Notes: generated by a model not told the origin, from the letters alone. A stretch of 64,000 bases of DNA from Phycisphaeraceae bacterium (GCA_963674705.1 OY771506.1:608001-672000); one strand, 5' to 3'. Positions 20,121 to 26,257 are shown, numbered from the stretch's first letter. Numbers and translations are program-made.

Positions 20121-20192
20121 TCAGGGGAGAGGGAGTCGAACCCGCTTCCTCGGGGTCACGGCCCGAAGCTTTACCGCATAAGCTATCCCCTG
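20121..20192 (-). tRNA. trnH: tRNA-His(GTG), atypical (no G-1:C73; C1-G72, A73, C33)
   Basis: TCGGG-CCGTGAC-CCCGA; acceptor CAGGGGA/TCCCCTG-A. Confidence 0.8.
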
Positions 20193-20233
20193 AATGACGG
20201 GCCCCCGATCCCGCCTCATTGAATCATGTGTGA

Positions 20234-20482
20234 TTATTGTCTGAAGTAATGGCTGCGGTTTGAGCCGTCGAGTTTGCCGGTCTTCATGCAGCACTTCTTA
20301 AAAGCGTTTGCCGCTGCCGCAAGGACATGGATCGTTGCGGCCGAGCTTTTCGATCAGTTCTTTGTTGCCATGAACGCATTGGTCGCCCCGCTTGACTTGT
20401 GACTCGGACGGGTAGCCGTAGCGTCGCTTGCTCATGGGCTGGAAAGGATTGGTCGTCGTTAAAAGCGATGGTCCTTGTGCAT
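20234..20482 (-). CDS. SEC-C motif zinc-binding protein, split across frames (candidate +1 programmed frameshifts)
   Basis: AAAGGAGGT SD plus ATG 20482; [15 protein letters not shown] stops at TAA 20298 and the motif-completing KKCC lies in the +1 frame. Confidence 0.75.
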
Positions 20483-20548
20483 GGTGCACCTCCTTTGATA
20501 ATAGATTGTTACCACTCACACTCCCCCTCTCTTGCGTCAGAAGTTATA

Positions 20549-21529
20549 ATGCAGGAGATGAAATTACGGCCTAAAGCATTAGAAAACTTGGCGGTAATGA
20601 TTTGCGGAAATAAAGATGATCCGTATGGAATACCATTTTCATATCGCTCTAGTTCATACTTAACAGGTTTCTTTTCTGAGTGTGACTTAACATTTGTACA
20701 TGATGGCTCAACACGTAAAAGGTGGGTACTAGATGTTCTAAATTCACTAAACCAAAATGTCGCAAGTATGCCCGATCTCCCCTCAGATGACCTGGTTCGG
20801 GTAATCACCGAATTAATGGATCCAGACCATTTTGACGCGGAAGATACCGATCGAGGACAGGCCTTGAACAAGTTAAACCAAACTCTCAGCCGAGATTCCT
20901 TGATCGCATATATTGAAAATAATGGGCAGTGTTATTTACGACATACAGGCGCTGGTACAACATCTGCAATGTTGCCTCAACGACCCCGCCCACTATCTCC
21001 AGAAGAAAAACAACAGCGAGACACACTGTCCAAATTTCTCGATAACGCGAGCGAAGACGAGTTTACAGAAACAGTACTAGTCCCATTATTTCAGCGCCTT
21101 GGATATCACAGAGTCATAGCATCGGGGCACAAAGAAAAAGTATTAGAATTCGGGAAAGACTTATGGATGAAGTTTCAATTACCAACTGCCCATTGGATAT
21201 ACTTTGCCATACAGGTAAAAAGAGTGAAAATTGATGCCAAAGGTAAAAGCAGTGGTAATGTTACAGAAGTACTCAATCAGGTGAGAATGGCTCTGGACCA
21301 CGAGATATTTGATCCCGATGTAAATCGAACAGTACTACCAGATCATATCTACGTTATTTCGGCTGCAGAGATAACCCGAGCAGCACAAGCTTGGATCATT
21401 CGACATCTAGATAGAGAACAACGACGTCAAATCATCTTCATGGATCGCACGGAATTATTGAATTTCGCAGCTCGAATAGTTACAGAACTACCAACGCCGA
21501 ATTCTATCGATGACGAAATACCTTTCTAA
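20549..21529 (+). CDS. Putative PD-(D/E)xK restriction-endonuclease-like (Mrr-like) protein with AbiJ-like N-terminus
   Basis: EDEFTE..LVPLFQRLGY, EFGKDL and AIQVK catalytic-type motif; visibly more AT-rich than its flanks. Confidence 0.7.
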   Translation: MQEMKLRPKALENLAVMICGNKDDPYGIPFSYRSSSYLTGFFSECDLTFVHDGSTRKRWVLDVLNSLNQNVASMPDLPSDDLVRVITELMDPDHFDAEDTDRGQALNKLNQTLSRDSLIAYIENNGQCYLRHTGAGTTSAMLPQRPRPLSPEEKQQRDTLSKFLDNASEDEFTETVLVPLFQRLGYHRVIASGHKEKVLEFGKDLWMKFQLPTAHWIYFAIQVKRVKIDAKGKSSGNVTEVLNQVRMALDHEIFDPDVNRTVLPDHIYVISAAEITRAAQAWIIRHLDREQRRQIIFMDRTELLNFAARIVTELPTPNSIDDEIPF

Positions 21530-21532
21530 AAA

Positions 21533-21605
21533 TCAGAGCGGCAGGACTCGAACCTGCGGCCGCCTGGTCCCAAACCAGGCGCTCTGCCAACTGAGCTACG
21601 CTCTG
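21533..21605 (-). tRNA. trnP: tRNA-Pro(TGG)
   Basis: CCTGG-TTTGGGA-CCAGG; C1-G72, A73. Confidence 0.92.
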
Positions 21606-21664
21606 TGATAAAGCCCGGCCGGGCGCGCTTGTGAGAAGCGGCCCGATGGCCGGGGATATAGGGG

Positions 21665-22279
21665 TTAATCGTGCAACTCGGTGTTCCAGTACGCGGTGTC
21701 CACGAAGTGTTTCCACGTGTCGTGGCGGAACCGATGCGAACGGAACATGAGTGCCGTCGGGTCCGGACGCTTCGGCTGACGGATCAACTTCAGGCCGGCC
21801 TCTTCGGGCGTGCGGTTGCCTTTGATCGCGTTAACTTCGACGCAGCAGCAAACCAGGTTTTCCCAATTCGTCTTGCCGCCACGCGAGGTGGGGATGACGT
21901 GGTCGAGGTTCAGCTTGCTGGCAGGGAGTTTGCGGCCGGTGTACTGGCAGGTGTAGTTATCCCGCAGGTACACGTTCTTTCGGCTCAAGCGCACGGCCTG
22001 GCGTTGCATACGCCGATCGAACCGCAGCATGCGGACGACGCTTGGGACGATGATGGCCGAGGTTACCGTTCGCACGAAGCTGTGGGCCTCGGGCTCGAAC
22101 TCATGTGCGAATTCACTGAGCTCGTGCCAGGATGCGAAGTCGTAAGCGCGATAGTTTTCGTCAACGGCTTCGACTCGGCCGACAAACAGATCGGCCAGCG
22201 CTTCAGCAGCGGTGATGATCCGCAGCGCGGCGTAGTTACGGTTCAGAACGAGCACATCATGCGACAGAGCCGACGTCAT
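21665..22279 (-). CDS. HNH endonuclease
   Basis: VLVLN, LSRKNVYLRDNYTCQY, LNLDHVIPTSRGG..WENLV..C..VNAIKG; AAAGGAGGT SD 5 nt before ATG 22279. Confidence 0.9.
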   Translation of the reverse strand: MTSALSHDVLVLNRNYAALRIITAAEALADLFVGRVEAVDENYRAYDFASWHELSEFAHEFEPEAHSFVRTVTSAIIVPSVVRMLRFDRRMQRQAVRLSRKNVYLRDNYTCQYTGRKLPASKLNLDHVIPTSRGGKTNWENLVCCCVEVNAIKGNRTPEEAGLKLIRQPKRPDPTALMFRSHRFRHDTWKHFVDTAYWNTELHD

Positions 22280-22381
22280 GGCCGACCTCCTTTCAGGATT
22301 GAAGTTGATTGACTGGTTTTGTCCCCTCTCCCCAGGCAACGAATTCGATCTGCGTTGCAACTTCTTACAGAAGAAAACTAT

Positions 22382-22548
22382 TAGCCACCGATGAACACGG
22401 ATGAACACAGATCAGAATAAATCCTGTTTCGTGTTTCGAACACATTGACTCAAGATGCCTGTTCTGACTACTTGAACTGCGATGAATCTGATGCACTTAA
22501 GCTTCTCTTGCTTTGCATCTGTGTTCATCCGTGTTTATCTGTGGCTAA
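22382..22548. repeat. Inverted-repeat element family B (GCCAC-GATGAACACGGATGAACACAGAT ... ATCTGTGTTCATC-GTGGC)
   Basis: Paired arms also at 25641-25733, 27282-27375 and 29209-29320; single arm at 6756-6787; related variant at 24143-24260. Confidence 0.85.
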
Positions 22549-22613
22549 AATTGGCTGGCTGAAGACTCCGAACGAATATGTTGCGAGGGAAGAGGGAGCA
22601 GGAGTAAAGCAAG

Positions 22614-22685
22614 TGGAGCTGCGGGGAATCGAACCCCGATCTCCCGGGTGCAAGCCGGGTGCTCTCCCGATTGAGCTACGGCCCC
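22614..22685 (-). tRNA. trnA: tRNA-Ala(TGC)
   Basis: CCCGG-CTTGCAC-CCGGG; G3-U70 present. Confidence 0.92.
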
Positions 22686-22696
22686 ATGAAAAGGAA

Positions 22697-22761
22697 TGTC
22701 GCGGAGAGGATTCGAACCTCCATCAACTGGGAAGTGCCTCTGCCGATTGGGCTACGACGAC
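22697..22761 (-). ncRNA. tRNA-like RNA or pseudo-tRNA lacking a normal anticodon arm (Leu-type D-arm)
   Basis: 65 nt: acceptor GTCGTCG/CCGCGAC-A, D-arm GCCCAATCGGCAGAGGC, perfect TTCGAAT T-loop, but only ACT-TCCC-AGT in place of the anticodon arm. Confidence 0.7.
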
Positions 22762-23993
22762 AAAATTAAAAAAAGTAAGTGGCCCGGGTGGGAGTCGAAC
22801 CCACAACGCACCGGATCTGAGCCGGCGTCCTCTGCCGGTTGGGATACCGAGCCGGAGATAGAGCAGGAGTAAAACAGAGCAGGAGAACAGGAGATAGGAG
22901 AGCAGGAGAAAAAGATAAGTGCTCTCGGCTGGGGTCGAACCAGCACGCCGTTGCCGGCAGCGGGGTTTAAATCCGCCGCGTCTGCCTGTTCCGCCACGAG
23001 AGCGTTTGTTTGTTTAACACGAATGCCGCCGGCAGGATTCGAACCTGCACGTTGCCGGGTTTGAGCCGGCTTCCTCTGCCGATTGGGATACGGCGGCCAG
23101 GTTGGTGCGTCGGGCGGGATGATGAGTTTGCTGCGATACGGGCGGACGGTTTGTCGCGGGGTGTGAAGTTGCCGAAAGCGTTTCGCTAGCAGCGTACAGA
23201 ATCGACAGTATTCAAGATCCACATCTTTTAGCTTAACTTGAATACAGCGTGAACCATCCAAGTATCTCTTAGCTTGCTTTTCGGCAATCTCTGTATACGA
23301 GCGTGCGTAATACGGGCCACCATAGATCCGCCACAACTCACTAATGCTGATAGGTGCTCTGCCCAGCACGGCGTCTATAAAGTCGAAACCCCAAGGGGGA
23401 TACCCCAAGATTCGCCGGGCGGTGATGGGCGCCAGGTCAATCATGAACCAACGATGACGCCGGTGATGCAATTGGAAACCGGCGCAGACATCAAAAAACA
23501 CACAAGGTGGGTCAAACTTTCTGCATGACCTAAACGACGGCGACATCATCAGTAGACCGGTGTCCGGATGCACATAGAACCGGTCGCGCCAATGGCGGCC
23601 CCAGATTGGTTGCCAACCGAAGGGGTAGCCGACCGAACAGGGTTGGCCGTCAATGATCCGGACATGTCGGACAACAAGCCAGAGCACGTGGTCGCGCACG
23701 TGGTTTTGAACGGTACTGTCAACCCGGACGTGTTGGCTGATCTCCGACCAGACATCGTTCCACGGCTTGCCGACCGAGCTCTGCAGGAAACGGATCAGTG
23801 GGGCCAGGTTTTCGCTTTGCCACTTCATATTTTTCCATGTCTGCCAGGCTCGTTTCATACCTTCTATATGGGGTAGGCCGGTGTCGTCATCGGCGTCGCG
23901 TGGTAATCGGTAGCGCTTGGCGCCACGGGGGAACTTATTACGGCAGCCTCCCCGCGGTCGCTCGACGATCAGCTTGGCCATGTCGCTTCGCAC
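22752..23993 (-). CDS. Arg-rich hypothetical protein (MRSDMAKLIVERPRGG...); frame runs on through three tRNA-Leu genes
   Basis: AAAGGAGGT SD 5 nt before GTG 23993; protein-like for about 250 aa (ENLAPLIRFLQSSVGKPWNDVWSEI, FYVHPDTGLL); first stop at 22752. Confidence 0.7.
   Translation of the reverse strand: MRSDMAKLIVERPRGGCRNKFPRGAKRYRLPRDADDDTGLPHIEGMKRAWQTWKNMKWQSENLAPLIRFLQSSVGKPWNDVWSEISQHVRVDSTVQNHVRDHVLWLVVRHVRIIDGQPCSVGYPFGWQPIWGRHWRDRFYVHPDTGLLMMSPSFRSCRKFDPPCVFFDVCAGFQLHHRRHRWFMIDLAPITARRILGYPPWGFDFIDAVLGRAPISISELWRIYGGPYYARSYTEIAEKQAKRYLDGSRCIQVKLKDVDLEYCRFCTLLAKRFRQLHTPRQTVRPYRSKLIIPPDAPTWPPYPNRQRKPAQTRQRAGSNPAGGIRVKQTNALVAEQADAADLNPAAGNGVLVRPQPRALIFFSCSPISCSPALFYSCSISGSVSQPAEDAGSDPVRCGFDSHPGHLLFLILSS
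22780..22853 (-). tRNA. trnL: tRNA-Leu(CAG), short variable loop, A37
   Basis: GCCGG-CTCAGAT-CCGGT; variable region only GCGTT. Confidence 0.85.
22920..23003 (-). tRNA. trnL: tRNA-Leu(TAA)
   Basis: GCGGA-TTTAAAC-CCCGC; long variable arm GCCG-GCAA-CGGC. Confidence 0.9.
23024..23097 (-). tRNA. trnL: tRNA-Leu(CAA), short variable loop
   Basis: GCCGG-CTCAAAC-CCGGC; variable region only AACGT. Confidence 0.87.
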
Positions 23994-24048
23994 GGCACAC
24001 CTCCTTTCTGCTGTTGCGGTTGTTGCGGTTGCTACGAAGACAGGACAA

Positions 24049-24121
24049 TCACCCCGGCAAGAATCGAACTTGCAGCCTTCGGCTTCGGAGGCCGATGCTC
24101 TTCCGGTTGAGCTACGAGGTG
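24049..24121 (-). tRNA. trnR: tRNA-Arg(CCG), A37
   Basis: TCGGC-CTCCGAA-GCCGA; AACCGGAA D-loop. Confidence 0.9.
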
Positions 24122-24292
24122 TTAGTGAAAACAAAAGCGGTTTGCCACGAAAAGGCACAGAAGACACAAAAGGGCTGGCTTAAGAAGCACAGAACATTGC
24201 GTAACAAACCAATTGAATACTCATGTATTTCTATTTTGTGGTTTTTGTGCCTTTTGTGGCTACTTCTTAGTCTTACATGAATGTGAGATTAA

Positions 24293-24365
24293 ACAGGCCG
24301 GCGGGATTTGAACCCGCAACCTGCCGGTTCAAAGCCGGCCGCTCTTCCGGTTGAGCTACAGCCCG
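24293..24365 (-). tRNA. tRNA with Gln anticodon (TTG) on an Arg-like body
   Basis: GCCGG-CTTTGAA-CCGGC; D-arm identical to the Arg(CCG) copy; C1-G72, U73. Confidence 0.75.
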
Positions 24366-24366
24366 A

Positions 24367-24438
24367 TCGACCCGGCGTGACTCGAACCCACGCACAGGCC
24401 CTTATAAGGGACCCGCTCTGCCACTGAGCTACGGGTCG
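24367..24438 (-). tRNA. trnI: tRNA-Ile(TAT)
   Basis: GGTCC-CTTATAA-GGGCC; A73; G52-A62 mismatch in T-stem. Confidence 0.82.
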
Positions 24439-24594
24439 GGGGATTCGATCTGAAGTACCAATTCAATTGGATTACCCGCTCGATCATGTTGCATACGAAT
24501 ACACAATGAATTCGGCCCTCACCCCGGCCCTCTCCCGAGGGGAGAGGGGGAAAGTACAAGCCTCAAGACTCACGCCTCAAACCTTTTCAAAAAG

Positions 24595-24667
24595 CCACCC
24601 CGGCAGGATTCGAACCTGCACCTTCCGGATTCGTAGTCCGGCGCCCATCCGCTTGAGCTTCGGGGTG
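24595..24667 (-). tRNA. trnR: tRNA-Arg(ACG), A8
   Basis: CCGGA-CTACGAA-TCCGG; A20. Confidence 0.9.
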
Positions 24668-24682
24668 AAGTACCCGACGGCG

Positions 24683-25396
24683 TTATGCAAACCGACGGGC
24701 GATGTATGTATTGATCGTGTCAACAACACGACGCTGCGATGCGAGCACATGGTCTGCGTGAAGTCGAAAATCACGAGGAATGTGGCCATGCTCATCGTAG
24801 GCCACCTCTCGCCAAAGGATCACCAGGCCGACGCCCGCGAATGTGTATTGATGGCGGTTTTCCGAAAAATGACAACGACGGACTAACTCTGCGCCGTACG
24901 ATACACGTGCCAGATCCCGGCCGAAGTTACCCGTCCAGGTCACGATCTGTTCGAGGTCGGCTTCAACAAGAGGCCAGCCGTTCGATGCAACAAGATCACG
25001 TAACGTCATCAGCTTCAGGACCCTCGCCATATCGCGATCACGTTTGCGTGGGTATACCTTATCGCCCAGCCGCCAGATCAGTCGATTGCAGAACCGGCAA
25101 CTGCAATGAATATCAACCGGTGTTTGCCGCAATGGGTGATCTGCGGAGGTATGTCCGAACGATACTAACATGCTTGTGTAAGCAACCATGTCAGCATCAT
25201 GAAGAAGTAGTTCTTCCGGGATAACGCCGCGGTTATTCACAAGCCAATCCGCAGCAGCTTCGCACTCAGGTATATGTTTGTGGTCGTGGTCGAACCGCAG
25301 GCCGGTTTTGAAACGGGCATCACGGAGCCAATCGATGAATGCGTAGACAATCTGTTGTACACGTATCGCCTGATCAACTGTTTGTTTTGTGAGTAC
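24683..25396 (-). CDS. Hypothetical protein with CxCxxC motif; start position occupied by GTA
   Basis: Open frame fills the Thr(TGT)-Arg(ACG) spacer; SD-like AAAGGCAGGT lies 5 nt before in-frame GTA 25396; alternative TTG 25417 has no room for an SD. Confidence 0.6.
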   Translation of the reverse strand, partial: VLTKQTVDQAIRVQQIVYAFIDWLRDARFKTGLRFDHDHKHIPECEAAADWLVNNRGVIPEELLLHDADMVAYTSMLVSFGHTSADHPLRQTPVDIHCSCRFCNRLIWRLGDKVYPRKRDRDMARVLKLMTLRDLVASNGWPLVEADLEQIVTWTGNFGRDLARVSYGAELVRRCHFSENRHQYTFAGVGLVILWREVAYDEHGHIPRDFRLHADHVLASQRRVVDTINTYIARRFA

Positions 25397-25419
25397 GATG
25401 CACCTGCCTTTGAGCAAAG

Positions 25420-25492
25420 AGCCACGAGTCGGGATTGAACCGACGACCTGCGGTTTACAAGACCGCTGCTCTGCCAGTTGAGCTACCGTGGC
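25420..25492 (-). tRNA. trnT: tRNA-Thr(TGT)
   Basis: GCGGT-CTTGTAA-ACCGC. Confidence 0.93.
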
Positions 25493-25538
25493 GGGGAACT
25501 TTCGGGGGGAAACTTCCGGGGGAAACTTCCGGGGGAAA
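25493..25538. repeat. Short tandem repeat (GGGGAAACTTCC-like, about 3.5 copies)
   Basis: Direct reading; the complementary CCCGGAAGTTTT motif recurs at about 26122, 26378 and 57163. Confidence 0.65.
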
Positions 25539-25539
25539 G

Positions 25540-25613
25540 CGACGCCGACGGGGATCGAACCCGTGACCTCTTCCGTGACAGGGAAGTGCTCTTGCCGATT
25601 GAGCTACGGCGCC
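25540..25613 (-). tRNA. trnD: tRNA-Asp(GTC)
   Basis: CTTCC-CTGTCAC-GGAAG; G73. Confidence 0.92.
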
Positions 25614-25754
25614 GTGCTTCAATCTGAATAGAAAGTATTTTTAGCCACGGATGAACACGGATGAACACAGATAAGATTTGAAAATATCTCATTCAGATCG
25701 TAATCCGTGTTTATCTGTGTTCATCGGTGGCTAATACAGGTTAATACAGCACAA

Positions 25755-25836
25755 AGCTACCGACGGGAGCCCCCGGTTTTGAACCCGTGACCGCCCGCTT
25801 ACCACGCGGGTGCTCTTCCGGCCGAGCTCCGGCAGC
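25755..25836 (-). tRNA. trnT: tRNA-Thr(GGT) with a 9-nt T-loop insertion (possible pseudo-tRNA)
   Basis: CCCGC-GTGGTAA-GCGGG; T-arm ACGGG-TTCAAAACCGGGGGCT-CCCGT; G8, G32. Confidence 0.65.
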
Positions 25837-25849
25837 ATTGTTAAAACAA

Positions 25850-25922
25850 TTGACCCGAGAGGAATTGAACCTCTTGCCCCCCGCTTATCAGGCGGGTGCT
25901 CTTGCCGGTGAGCTACGGGTCA
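25850..25922 (-). tRNA. trnI: tRNA-Ile(GAT)
   Basis: CCCGC-CTGATAA-GCGGG. Confidence 0.9.
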
Positions 25923-26000
25923 AGTCTGTAATAAAGCGCATCGCCCCGCCGCCCGATTGCGACGGGGCTTGCGATTTTTTTACATCCATCCACTCTTAAC

Positions 26001-26032
26001 TTGTCAATGAACGCGTGGCTGTAAACACAGCC
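26001..26032 (-). promoter_or_regulatory. boxB-like hairpin plus boxA-like antitermination signal
   Basis: GGCTGT-GTTT-ACAGCC followed 4 nt later by GTTCATTGACAA (compare rrn boxA GCTCTTTAACAA). Confidence 0.5.
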
Positions 26033-26039
26033 GACTAAG

Positions 26040-26111
26040 CCGCTGGTCCCGGATTCGAACCGGGGGCTCCCGGGCTTCAACCGAGCGCTTTACCCGCTAA
26101 GCGAACCAGCG
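26040..26111 (-). tRNA. trnF: tRNA-Phe(GAA), atypical (G37, C38, G73, C1-G72)
   Basis: CTCGG-TTGAAGC-CCGGG; acceptor CGCTGGT/ACCAGCG-G. Confidence 0.85.
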
Positions 26112-26185
26112 CCCCCCCGATCCCCGGAAGTTTTTCCCTCGTGTTATTCACACGGAAGGAATGCTTCCGGGGATCGGGTTAAAAG

Positions 26186-26257
26186 TCGCCGCGGTCGGGA
26201 TTGAACCGACGCACTTCCCCATGTAACGGGGATGCTCTACCGCTGAGCTACGCGGCA
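26186..26257 (-). tRNA. trnV: tRNA-Val(TAC), G32
   Basis: TCCCC-GTTACAT-GGGGA. Confidence 0.88.

Noticed and set aside
20298..20300. Stop-codon readthrough or selenocysteine at the SEC-C TAA
   Set aside because: In-frame readthrough gives EVLHEDR and does not complete the motif; only the +1 frame gives KKCC. No suppressor anticodon is in the array.
20399..20548. ORF-track N-terminal extension of the nuclease-like gene
   Set aside because: It overlaps the SEC-C gene on the other strand and has different composition; ATG 20549 or 20558 is more plausible.
22280..22408. ORF-track N-terminal extension of the HNH gene
   Set aside because: It translates a family B repeat (FIRVHRWL); a perfect SD points to ATG 22279.
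23994..24167. ORF-track start at 24167
   Set aside because: It runs through tRNA-Arg(CCG); the SD indicates GTG 23993.
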